Assembly (NCBI GenBank): GCA_963693365.1
Contig: CAVNZM010000007.1
Span: 1,535,979-1,599,978, forward strand
Source of the DNA: Amoebidium appalachense
Lineage: Eukaryota > Protista > Ichthyosporea
DNA: 64,000 nt
Reading direction: 5' to 3'
The notes under the pieces were generated by a model. It saw only the letters and a program-made list of their open reading frames with translations. It searched no databases and was not told the DNA's origin. Of this stretch, positions 1 to 12,439 are shown in pieces (the first letter of the stretch is position 1; every line of letters begins with the position of its first letter). The position numbers and the translations under genes were made by a program.

Positions 1-1384
1 CAAGGTTTAAACCCTAGAATTTCAAAAACAAATAATAGTTCAACGGGATCCTCAGCTATTATTGAGTGTGTAGGGTGAATCAGTGGTGCGCACATGTTGG
101 CTTATCCTGATACACGATTGCCCACATGTCATGCATTGGACGTCCTCTACCTCCATTGGTTGTCGTCTCAACCAATCTATGGCTCCCGATCGGCACACAC
201 AGTTGCCGGCCCACGCCCACAATCCCCACATCTTTGATATAAACAGCGTTGCCAAAAAGGTTCGGGCACCGGTAGACATCATGATGTGCCTAGAAGCCTT
301 TTACCTCTTTTTACACAACACCTAATTTTGATGGCGAAGAAAGGACCATATTGAAAAACCGAGAGCCCTTAGTACATATAAAACATCAGTCAGCCCCGTC
401 CGTACAGTGACTGCCAAGTTGTAATTGCTCACACAAATATTTCTTGATCCAATCAAATGCGTTGCCATAAATAGTGTTAGTGTAAAGAGCTTGGCAAATT
501 CGGGAAGATCTGCGGTATTATACGAATTTGTCCACGAGATCACGTGTACCCCGAAAGGATGAAAACAGACCGTCGAAGTTTGATCAATTATTTTTTTTAT
601 GCACGTTGGGAAAAGATTGCATCATGCAAATTTTTTGTTTGACAACAACTTGAAAAAAATTCTTCGATTGTTAACCAATCTCTAGTTTTTTCTGCACGTG
701 ATCCGTGGGAGCAAGAGCCACGGTAATCGAGTTGCCGATACGAAAAAAACTGGCACGAGTCGTATCGAGGTAGCGCGACACTTGATATGCATTTACTGGT
801 CCAAAAAAGGCCCAAATTAAATAAAGTTGTAGTCAATACGAAAAAATTGCATAAACCTAAGGCGGTGGTAATGTCTTCCTTCAACCCAATGTAATTAACA
901 GATTAGCATGAGGTCTTTTCTAAATGATAGAATGGCATGTCGGCCATTTCACACTTCTCCAAGCTGATTGGCTAATACACCTGCTGCTATGTGAATCCCC
1001 CTGCATCTACTGAGCTCAAATCATTTTGGGCCCCAAGGGCTTACTTGGAGTTTTTTCAATACCCTTGCATCAGAATCTCAGATTCGGCTTGTTAAGCCGT
1101 GTTAAAGGGTTTTCGATTTCGACATATGCATATAATATGCGCATGGTATCAACCACACTCGTGCAATAAAGCAATGTGTTTTATTATAATTTTAGCAATA
1201 TATAATGCTCGTATCAAAGGGCTATCACTATAGCTAGAAACTCATTAGTGACAGTCGGAATATTTCATTAATCACAAGCACAAAGTTTCCATAAGAAACC
1301 CCCCTAGGAAATATGAAACGAGTACCTTCTTTTGGGTATCAGGAGACCGGTATGTATGCGAAAGAAAAAAAAAAAAAAAGCTTG

Positions 1385-2603
1385 GTACGGTCGCTGGGTG
1401 GCTGTCGTTTCTGGCAGGGCCGCCAGTCCTCACCCGTTTGTTCAGTGGTTAGGCCCGATGGGCTACTGTTAGCTATAGCTTATATATATATATGTATATA
1501 TATATTTTATTAACTTTATTTTCTCGCAGGGTCTGTTTAGTTAGGCTGGTATAAAGAACCTTCCAACCATTAGTCTAGACACCTGGTTTTCATCGTGGTT
1601 AAGTATACTTTCCAGAGGTTCGCCGACTTGAAACATACAGTGTCACAACTTCTCGTTCGGAAGTGTAACATCCTTTCACAGCGTTCTTCTTTGGAGTAAT
1701 TCAACGTTATACTTATATTTACAACCCTTTATTTTCCTTTTAAGTGATTACATTCATCACTTGAGACTGTGGCCGCCTCGTCAGAGTTCTCCCCAGAACA
1801 ATTTCGGTCACAGTTTCGCAACTAAGACTAGCACCGTCCTTCCCATAAAAGAAAGGTATCCTGAGATCTCCAACTCGTTCACCAGCTTTCCTTTCATCTC
1901 AGTTCTCTTAGCGTTCTTTTACACCATCCCCTTTCTTCTTTTATTACGTGAGATCGGTTGCCGGTTCCTACACTAAGACATCCCTTAACCTCTTTGCCAG
2001 TGGTGTGTTGGGGCTGTCAACCATTTATACCTCACACACCTGTCAAACTAAGCTCGCCGGATGGCCGGCTTTGGAAATTCGACTTCGAAATTTCGTCAGC
2101 AATAACACGCGCCTGTCAAAAAATTGAGAAGGAATAACTCTTGGACGCTGCCAGTTCCCTTGAAGGGTCACGAGTGATAGCGCAGTTTGACCAGTTTCTA
2201 TTTTCAACCTGTCGGCTTGAGTAGCACAGTTGGCAAAACTTTCCCAAAACTTCGCGAATCTTTCGTTTTAAACTGTTGTCTCGACAGATGATAGGGTGGT
2301 TTAATGTGTGAGAAAGAGAAATTGCGAAAGGGTTATGTGGAGTCCGCTGTTTTTGCCTCCTGAGGCAGGGCCAAGGGTTGCTTCTGTCAAGATGCTTGAC
2401 TCGCTGAACGGTACTGATCGCACGGTCTGCACCAGATTCTATTTTTTTCTTGGTTGATTTGCATTGTTCTCACAGCGTTGTCGATATTAACTTTGACTAA
2501 GGTGGGCTCAAAAGCATGAAGTTATGTTTTGTGCCTGGTTGAACGGTATTTGGTAGTTGAGTGACCAGGTCGAGCCCGAGGATCTGCTCGACACTGAAAC
2601 ACG

Positions 2604-2640
<37 letters not shown>

Positions 2641-2708
2641 AAAGTTCCTGCCTTTTTTCCCAGTGAGTCTTATGCAACATGACTAATGCTGGCACACGTG
2701 CAGTGATA
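1385..2708 (+). other. Putative long spliced 5' leader of the RBMS gene
   Basis: Candidate introns 1385-1529 (gtacgg...ttctcgcag), 2411-2475 (gtactg...ctcacag) and 2502-2703 (gtgggc...gactaat...gtgcag, 5 nt before the ATG). There is no ATG in 1530-2060. Confidence 0.45.
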
Positions 2709-3338
2709 ATGGCAACCGAAGAGAAGGCACCTGTCTCCAGCCAGGAGCAGGCTACCCACGAGGACCTGGTACGTGTTTTTGTGAGTGCATAGAAGTGCAG
2801 ACAGTAGTTTCTAACTGTCATCATCAAACATGAATCACCCAGATGGCCCGGAGTTTTTGGAATGCATATTCGCGGTTATCAAGTGTGAATGTGAAAGTCT
2901 CTACCCAAGTATACCTCAACGACGTTGCTCTCTGTGACACTTTCGACCACCCACTCAGGCCCACCCTTACAACTAAACTTTGCGGAACTTTGTTGGTCAT
3001 GGGGTGGGTCAAGTTGAGTATCTTATTCCGTCGTGACACTACATGGATCCCCAACTTCTTTTTAACCCTACGATGAACTTATATTTTTCTGGCCCCTGCA
3101 GGAGCCAACGAACGGTGCCACCGAGGATGGTGAGCCAAAAGTCAACGGGTCGTCTGAGACGTCCAGCCCAAAGCAGGGTGCCAAGTCCCAGTCTCCTCGT
3201 GCCCAGGTATTATCCCCCCCCCCCCCCCCCCCCCCCCCTTCGTGTATGTATACTTCGTACCGTGTTCCGCATTCAACCCCCCCCCCCCCCCCCACAAAAA
3301 ATATTTTTATCTAGTAGCCGGACTGTGTGTGAATTAGT

Positions 3339-3375
<37 letters not shown>

Positions 3376-5633
3376 CCCGCCCCTCCCTCCCTCCGCCCCC
3401 ACGCGTGGGGCAAAATAAGACCGAATGGAAAGAAATTCAAGGAGAAATTTTTTTTCAAGCTCTCACGTATACCCTTTTCAGTTCCTAATGTTTCTCTCGC
3501 CTCAAAAACACAAAGGAATCTACAGTTCATGAAAGGTCCTGAGGCTATGCGAGTCCCACTAAGCCCCACCCTGCCCCCTGTTTCACTGTGTTCAATTTTT
3601 AGTTTATGTTTGCTTAGTTTGCATTTTCCCCTCAGTGCAGTTCACGTGTTTGTGTGACACATCCCCCCCCCCCCCCCCCATTTATTGCCCACCATTTCAG
3701 AGAGAGAAGCCCCGGCGGGGGGGGGGGGGGGGGGGGGGGGGGGAGTCTCGGAGTGTGTGTTTGGGTGTGAGAGAGTGAGAGTGAGCAGAGGGGGAGGGGG
3801 GGGGGGGGGAGGAGATAAAAAATGATTATACCTAAATAAGCAGAAATTGGGTACCCTCCCCCCCCCCCCCCCCCCCCCCCACCAAAAAAAAAAAAAATAT
3901 TGCCCGTCGTGGCAACGTATTTAAGCCTTGTCCTTCATCATCCCCCCCTCCCCCCCCCCCCCCCCTTTCCTGCCACCCTCCTCTTTTCCCCTCAATATCC
4001 CTCATCGTAATTTCTATGATTATGTTATGCCTGTCGTGTCCTAGGTTCTCACTTTGCTTTGAGTTTCTTTTTGTTCTAGCTGACACCCCCTCTCTCTCCG
4101 TCCCCCCCCCCCCCCCCCCCCCCCCCTCTCTCTGTGTGTGTCTCTTTTTCTCTCTCATTTTCTCCTTCTTTCACTTTCTCTCTCTCTCTGTTCGCTTTTG
4201 TGGAGGCATATATTTGGTTTAGGAACCCCCCTGATGATGCCGGGCTCTGTTCAAGTGTCTTCTGCCTGCACACTTACATTGTTCGATTTCGGGTTTCTCA
4301 TTTTTGTAACTTTTTGTTGTTGTCCCCTGGTGTCTCCTCCATATTTTCTGCCCCCTAACACACACATCACTCCCCCCCCCCCCCCCCTGCCTCTCTCCTT
4401 CTTGCTACCTCTCTCTCTGTCTTTCTTTTCTCTATCTCCCTATCCCCCGGCCTTTCTCATGCTTTCTTCCTACTTCCCCCCCCCCCCCCCCCTTTCCCTC
4501 CTCCTCCCCCATTCACTCACCCTCCTCTTCTCCCTCCCCCCCCTCCCCCCCCCCCCCCCTCCCCCGCCGTCTGACTTGTTATCCGAGTCATCGGCCCCCC
4601 CCCCCCCCCCCCCCCCCCCCCCGGCCCTCCCCCCGGACCCTCCCCACCGATGTGTTGCTTTGTGCTTACGTACAGTGTGCCGCACACTAGTCCCCTCCTC
4701 CCCCACTTTCTTTTTCTTCCCACATCTTGAGGATGGACGCTTATTACGCATATCCTTTGTGTGCTCTTTGCAGAAGTTAGTCTTGCACTGTGTGTCTGTC
4801 ATGAATGTGTACAGTAACTTCATACTGTGCAGCACAACACAATTCCCCCATACTGTGCGCATGGCTGATGTTGCATACTTGAATGTTTGCCTTTGCATGT
4901 GTCCTTCGTGTATGCGTACTTCGTACCGTGTTCCGCATTCAAACCCCCCCCCCCCCCCCCCCTTCCTCTTCCCCCAGTATGTGTACTTCTTACTCCATAA
5001 CAGATCCCCTCCTCCCCTCCCCCTACCCCCGGGGGAACCCACCCCGCCGACATAATCTGTACTTATGATACATATCTTTGTATGCTCTTTGCAAATCCGC
5101 ATTGTATCACGACGGTCCATCATGAACGTGAAGAGTAACTTCGTACTCTGCAACACAACACATCTTAAAACCTCCCCGTCCTCCCTATTACTCTTCCCGA
5201 ACCCACCCCGTTTCTAAAATCATGATGTACTCACTGTACGTCGTGTCACAACCTACCTACCCACCTCCCTCCCTCCTTTCCCCTCCTCGCCCCTCCCCCC
5301 CCCCCCTCCCCCTCCCCCCCCCCCCCCCCCCCCCCCCCCACACACACACACATCAACAGGCCACAGGTGGTGGTCGTGGTCGTGGGCGTCAATTCAACAA
5401 TCGTGCTGGTGTTGGTGCCGCCGCATATGTCACCCAGCCCTATGGCGCTGCCGGGGCTGCGGCTTTCCCAGCCAACGGGTGGGGGGCACAGGCTTGGGGG
5501 TTCCCTGCCGTGTATGGGCGGGATGATGATGCCCCCCTTAGCAAGCAGAACATTTACATCCCTGGCCTGCCCCCCACCACTACGGATGATGAGCTGATTC
5601 GCTTGTGTGAGAAGTATGGTTCCTTTAAACTCG

Positions 5634-5668
<35 letters not shown>

Positions 5669-6399
5669 ACCACCACCACCACCACCACCACCATGACAAC
5701 AACAACACACTCATGCACGCACACGCGCGCCGCACGCACGCACACGACACGCACGCACGGTCGCTCACACACACACACACACACACACACATGTTCGTAA
5801 TGCACACACATGCACACACACACACACCGGGACACACATCGCTGGCACAAACACACAAGAGGCAAACACTGAGGCATACGGACTCCGAACTGTGACTGTC
5901 ACTTTAGGACAACCCCCTCCCCCCTCGGGTGCCCTCTACCCCCTGGTACGTTCAGTGTTGAAGACCCTCAGTATGACAGTGATGACATCCTCAGGAGTCG
6001 TCATCTTAAAAGGTGACGTCATCTTAAAGAGGACGTCAAGATGACGTCACCCCATGAAAGGCCAACGTATACCTTAACTGGGAAATTGGTTTCTTTACAT
6101 GCTTAGGCCAAAATTTCCCTGGTGGGGACTTTTTGTAGATAACGAAAGATTGTGACATAATTGTGCCAAGCATTTTCACGTTGAGGTTTTTTGTGCAGTC
6201 ATCAAAAAACGATTGTGACATGCTTAGGCTAAAATATCACGGTGGGGGTTTTTGCAGATCCGGCAACATTGTGACATACTTAACCTAACATTCTCGCGGC
6301 TGGGTGTTGTTTTGCAGATACCATAAGATTATGTCATGCTCAGGCTAACACTTTCTTTTTTTTTTTCCTTTTCTTTTTTTTTTCTTTTTCTTTCTTTCT

Positions 6400-6441
<42 letters not shown>

Positions 6442-6866
6442 TTAGATACGGCAAGATTGTGAGCGCCAAGGCCATTGTGGACCGGGGCACGGGGCAGTGC
6501 AAGGGCTACGGGTTTGTGATGTTTGAAAAACCGGCCAACGCTCAGAAGGCCGTGCAGGCACTCAAGCAGGCCGGCTACCAAGTGTCCTTTGCTAAGGTAT
6601 CGTGAAATTATCTTTCAAGATTGGATGTGTATCGATGTGGCGTTACGGTTGCGGGACGTTGATTCGTGGAGTTTTCAAGCCTTTATGGTTTATAAACTTT
6701 CAGAGACTAAAAAATAGCTCAGCACTTGATTGTAGGTCACTTGTGACATTTGCCGTTCTTTTCTTTTTCTTTGAGTTCTTTTCTTCTTCTCTTTCCCCTG
6801 TTCGTATTTAATTTTTATGCTATTTAAATTCAGTTTATTTAAATTTAATTTGAGTTTATTCTCTTT

Positions 6867-6930
<64 letters not shown>

Positions 6931-7701
6931 GGGGAGGGGGGGGGGGGGGGGGGGGTGGTGGATTCGACATCTGTAGTACATGTGTCAATGTAGACAAAAG
7001 AGCCTGCACAAAGACGCATTCTGAATCATTTACTTACGATATAGCAATAGGTTGTTCGTCTTAGTTCATAAATGCATGGGGCTCTCTGGTCAAATCGATC
7101 ATCCGGAATGTGACTCTTCTGATTAGCAACAACCAATCAGAGAGCCCCATGCATTTTTGAACTGAAACGAACAACCTATTGCTATATCGTAAGTAAATGA
7201 TTCATGACCAATCACTAATCATTCTCACTGATGAGTGACATTCGACCCAGCTGATATAATATATGATATCTGTACGTATGGTATATATAGTGTTCTAAAA
7301 CTTTAGAAATATTATAATAGTGCAACAACTAGACATCGGGTCCCGGTACCGATGAGCCCGGCCCGGTCAATCACACTGATTCAAAAAGTTTCTAGTTCTT
7401 GATTGCAGCTATCTAATAACTGGTTCCGAATGATATGTCAAATGAAAACTATACCGAAACCAAAGATCAAAGGTCATAAAACACATACTAGTTGCACGTA
7501 ATTACCAAGTGTGTGGAAACAACTATTCTTTTGATTAGTATTGGATTTGCCCAGCACAACTTTAATACCATTTAAATGTTAATATGTAAATCTAGGAGTC
7601 GTACACGGACCGCATGAATGCCAGCAAGGCACAGCAGGACTTCGACAGCACCAACCTCTACATGGCCAACCTGCCCCTCACATTTAGCGAGCAGGTATTA
7701 A

Positions 7702-7739
<38 letters not shown>

Positions 7740-8894
7740 CGCCCGCCCGCCCGCCCGCCCCGCCCGCCTTACAACCACACGTCCTGAACACACCTTTGCA
7801 CTGCAGCTGCGAGACGCGCTTGCACACGCGCGCGGAGGGGAGAGAGAGAGAGGGGGGGGGGGGAGAGAGAGAGAGAGAGAGAGAGAGGGAGATGGAGAGA
7901 GGGGGAGAGAGAGGACGGAGAAAGGGGGATAGAAAGAGTGAGAGAGATGGCCGGGGCGGAGGGGGGGGGGGGGGGGGGGGGGGGGGATGCAAGCAAGAGA
8001 TACGGGGGAAAGAGAGAGAATGTGTGAGAAGCCGATCTTGGGTGTGCGTTGTATGGGGTTTCACAATTCATTTTATTTAACAGTTTACATGATTTTCCGT
8101 TCTCCGAGCGGGTTTTTCTAGTGTCTCTGAGCGTTTTTTGTGTGTGAACAGGTACATTTATTATGTCACGTGGGTTAAATGCCAACCTAATCACGTGACT
8201 TTCCGCAGGATCTGGAGAAGCTTCTGGAAGGGTGGGGTCGGGTGCTGTCGTGCCGCATTCTTCGCGACCCCAACGGGGTTAGCCGTGGTGTAGGTTTCAC
8301 CCGGTAGGTGCCTGCATCTAATCACATTGCTATGAGCTTCTTTTGTTTGCGGTTGGCTTTCTTGAGGATAATGGCATTCCTACAAATACCTTTTTGTCTC
8401 AGCATCTCCCAGGTGTGTGTGGGTGGGTGGGTGGTTGGTTGGGTGCGGGTGTTTTTGTGTGTGTACATGTGTGTGTGTGGGCATGTGTGTGGATGAGTGG
8501 GTGGGTGGGTGGGTATTGAGATGCCGGCTGCGGGAGGGTTTTTCCACAGCCCCATTCCCTCACCTTTTCCCCAGTGACTTTGCTTATATATTGTATCTAT
8601 AGTATAGATTTTTCCTCTTATCGCTTTTACAAACAGCGGTTAGGTGCCTCTGAATTGTATGCGTGTGTGTGGGTCGGGGGGGGGAGAGGGGGGGGGGGGG
8701 GAGAGGCTGGGCAGATAGGAAGGGGGAAGGGGGTCTCTTTAAGATTGGAAGACATGAAATACTCCATGTATGTGCTGACATGCATCCAATCAGACTGGAG
8801 ACTCGTGAGCAGTGCGACCAGATCATCCGCACGTTCAACCAGAAGATGGCCCTCACCTCCCAGCCTCTGCAGGTATGGGAGGCCGTTTCCCCAC

Positions 8895-8936
<42 letters not shown>

Positions 8937-9391
8937 CCTCCCCCCTCCCCGCCCCTCCTCCTCCCCAAGTCTCATAATGCATGTGTGTGCTCCCCCTTCC
9001 CCCCAATATCTGCATTGTATTGTCCGTCGGGAATTTGTGCTTTGCAATCTATAATCTATAGTGTAAACTTCCCTCCCAATGTACTTGTGAAGGTGCGTGA
9101 AGTGAGTTATGGACGGGATTTCTGATTGTTTGGGCCATCCAGGGAGGGACATTTTGATTGGTTGTGCCACTGTGGAGGGGGTTTCTGATTGGTTGAGCCA
9201 TCCAGGGAAAGCTTTTTAAATGGTTGGGCCACTGTGGGCGAGTTTTCTGATTGGTTGGGTATCAGGTGCGGTATGCCGACACGTTCCAGCAGAAACGTCA
9301 GCGCATGCACGAGCGCAAGCAGCGCACCATTGCAGGCCAGGTGGGTGAACGCACATACACATGGGCATACACGTGCACATGGTGTGCGCGG

Positions 9392-9489
<98 letters not shown>

Positions 9490-10013
9490 ACGCTGATTAA
9501 AGACAAGCAGCACGAACATATTGCGCGTTTCTAGTATTGCACAAACTACCGAGTCTCTGTTGACGCACTTGCACCCCCATTTGCCTCCCAGAATGGCCTA
9601 TGATGCTTTGTGTTTGCTTTGCAATATTTGCATTGTGTTATCCGTTGTGAATAGGTGCCAAAAAGGCTTTGTACTCACACAAACAAATTCTTCCCCCATC
9701 CCCCCCTCGGGGGGGGGGGGGGGGGGGGTCCTAATCCTCGTATAGCGTATAGGAGCATTTAGACTATCGGGTAGCCAAGACACAAAAACGGACCATTTGC
9801 CAGCACGTCTAAACCATAGTCTAGTCGCGTATACCCTGTGTCTCTCCTTTTTCCTTATCTGTTGTGTTTCAGATGGGCATCCCCGGCTATGTGCCCATGC
9901 AGATGATGCAGCACCCTGTGGGCAGCCCCCAGGCCCCCAGCTTCTTTCCCCCCCGTGGGCCCAACATGCCCATGATGCCTGCCACCGCTTCCAACTGGTG
10001 CGTGCTACCCCCC

Positions 10014-10044
<31 letters not shown>

Positions 10045-10681
10045 ACCCACCCACCCACCCTTCGTGGATACATCACCATCACCACCTCGGGCCCACCCCC
10101 CTTTTCTTTTTCTTACTTTGTGTTTGTTTCTGTGGCATTTTAATGTCCTTGCTTTCATAGTACCACCCTCTAATACATTGATCCCCCGCCCCCCACCCCC
10201 ACCCCCACCCCCACCCCCCTCACTCCCTCTTCTCTCGGGGGAGATATCAATTATAATGCCCCTATATCTACTTCTAGCCCATCTGCACAACATACCAAGT
10301 TGTATGAATGAGCCAATCCACCATAGTGTTAGGCATCAGAGTGCTGATTCACTGCCTGCACACAGGATGAACCCCATGTACCCAATGGCTGCTGCCCCGG
10401 GCATGGTGCCTGCCACGCAGGGCCAGATGCAGGTGTGTGGAGCCTTCGAAAAATGTGGTGATACGAGGTTGTGTGTGTTTGGGGGTGGGGAGAAGTGCTG
10501 GGTGTGCGTGTGTCTGTGTGCCTGTGTGCCTGTGTGCCTGTTTGCTGTGTAGGCGAGGTTGCATTTGCTGTTGTGGTTCAGTGGTTGCGGTTGTGATTGT
10601 GGTGATGGTGTGTGTATGTCTGTGTATGGTGCGATGTGTGTGTTCTTCTTCTGCTTCGTCTTTCTTTGGGGGAGTGGAAAG

Positions 10682-10736
<55 letters not shown>

Positions 10737-11886
10737 TGCTCCCTTTTAACACGATTCTCTTGGGGCAGTATGGAGGCATGCCCACTACCATGGCTGGAAG
10801 CAACGAGGGAGCTGACCAACAAACTGGTGGGTGATGTATTGTGTGCATATGGGTGCATGTACCGTATGCATATGGGTGCATGTACTGTGTGCACATGGGT
10901 GCATGTACAGTGTGCACATGGGTGCCACATATACAGTCAGTGTGCATATGGATGAATGTACTGTGTGAATACTATGTGAATGTCTGTGTGCATATATGGG
11001 TGCATGTACTGTGTGCGTATGGGTGCATGTACTGTGTGCATACGGGTGCATTGACTGTGTGCACTTGGGTGCATGTACTGTGTGCATATGGGTGAATGTA
11101 CTGTGTGCATACTATGTGAGTGTACCGGGTGCATGTGGGTGCATGTACTGTGTGCATATGGGTGCGTGTACTATGTGTCTATGTGTATAGTGCATGTACT
11201 GTGTGCACATGGGTGAATGCACTGTGTGCATATGGGTGAATGTACTGTGTGCATATGGGTGAACGTACTGCATGCATATGGGTCAATGTACTGTGTGCAT
11301 ATGGGTGGATGTACTGTGTGCATATCATGGGGTGAATGTGTGAATGTACTGCGCACTTGTTGTGCGTGAATGTACTGTGTGCATATCGGTGAATGTACTG
11401 TGTGCATATGGGTGAATATGTGAATGCCATAGCCGTGCGAATGTTGTGATGAATGTAATGTGTGCATAATGGGTGAATTTGTGAATGTACTGTGTGCATA
11501 TGGCCGAGTGTACTGTGTGCAAATGCAGGCATATGTGTGCGTCCGTGCATATGGAAAGTTCGCGCATTCGTGTGGTTGTGGTGCACAGGGTGTGCAGTGG
11601 TAATGATAAAGGGAAAAAATTTAACAGGAATATGATATGCACGCCGACATACACGACGTCGTGCGTGTGCGTCTGTTTTACGCGCGGCGCGCGCCCGCCT
11701 GTGGGCATGTGCTTGTGTGCGTGTGTGCTTGTATGTCGGTGCATGTGCTTGTGTTGAAGCACCAAGGGTGGTGGATATGGCAAAACGTGGACTGACGGCC
11801 TTCAAATGCAGGCATGGGCGGCCAGAGCATGGGCCAGCTGACTAACCAGATGGCTGGCATGTCCATCAACCAGGTAACGACGACGA

Positions 11887-11919
<33 letters not shown>

Positions 11920-12008
11920 AGGGCTTCCACTTTACTCATTGAGAATAGGGTCTACCCTTTGGCGTGTCTGATTGCAATGCGTGTCGATTACACTAATTTT
12001 GTTCAATT

Positions 12009-12046
<38 letters not shown>

Positions 12047-12134
12047 CTCCCTGCCCCTGCGAGTGTCCTGCTTTGTTTTAACCTTTGCATTCTGGCTGAA
12101 TCTCCCTGCTTCCTCTGCTCCCTCCTCTGCCCCC

Positions 12135-12172
<38 letters not shown>

Positions 12173-12439
12173 TCTCCACCCACCCACCCTCCCACCCTCC
12201 CTTGCCTCTCCCCCCCCCCCCCCCCCCCCCCCCCCTCCCCAGCTCCCATCTCCTTCCCTCCCCCCTCCCTCCCTCCCTCCCTCTCTATATCAGTCCCTCC
12301 GCCTATGCTCCGATTACTGATAAACCACACGTGTCCACAGGGCATGGTGCCTTCCATGATGGTCTATCCTCAGGCCATGGCCTATCCCCCTTCAATGCCT
12401 CCGGGCCAGGCCCCCCCACCTTCACGTGACGGAAACTGA
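2709..12439 (+). CDS. RBMS1: RBMS/MSSP (Alan shepard)-family RNA-binding protein with two RRMs, about 442 aa, 13 coding exons
   Basis: Exons with GT-AG ends and consistent phase: 2709-2768, 3102-3206, 5360-5613, 6446-6596, 7596-7694, 8209-8303, 8794-8872, 9266-9340, 9873-9997, 10366-10432, 10769-10826, 11812-11873, 12341-12439 (1329 nt, ending TGA). RRM1 reads [56 protein letters not shown]2 reads [55 protein letters not shown]...PLQVRYAD. Both closely follow RBMS1/Shep as I remember them. The tail is M/P/Q/G-rich low complexity. The symbol denotes the family, not strict orthology. Confidence 0.92.
6098..6355 (+). repeat. Degenerate tandem repeat, about 58-63 bp x 4.3, in RBMS intron 3
   Basis: Units resemble gcttaggctaaaat...ggtggggg...ttttgcagat....gattgtgacat. 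Confidence 0.8.
7022..7204. mobile_element. 183-bp fold-back/MITE-like element with 67-bp inverted arms
   Basis: 7022-7088 is the reverse complement of 7138-7204 with 3 mismatches, around a 49-nt spacer. No clear target-site duplication. Confidence 0.8.
9118..9265 (+). repeat. About 31/62-bp tandem repeat ending in the true acceptor of RBMS exon 8
   Basis: ttctgattgtttgggccatccag (about 9120), ttctgattggttgagccatccag (about 9183) and ttctgattggttgggtatcag (true acceptor, ends 9265). Confidence 0.75.
10827..11530 (+). repeat. 23-bp minisatellite (atgggtgcatgtactgtgtgcat)n
   Basis: About 700 bp of degenerate copies. The first unit begins at the GT donor of RBMS exon 11. Confidence 0.92.

Noticed and set aside
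1-900. Short ORFs (52-282, 322-543, 597-884) as a gene or transposon/viral remnant
   Set aside because: No recognisable motif and frames are interrupted by stops; unassignable without a translated search.
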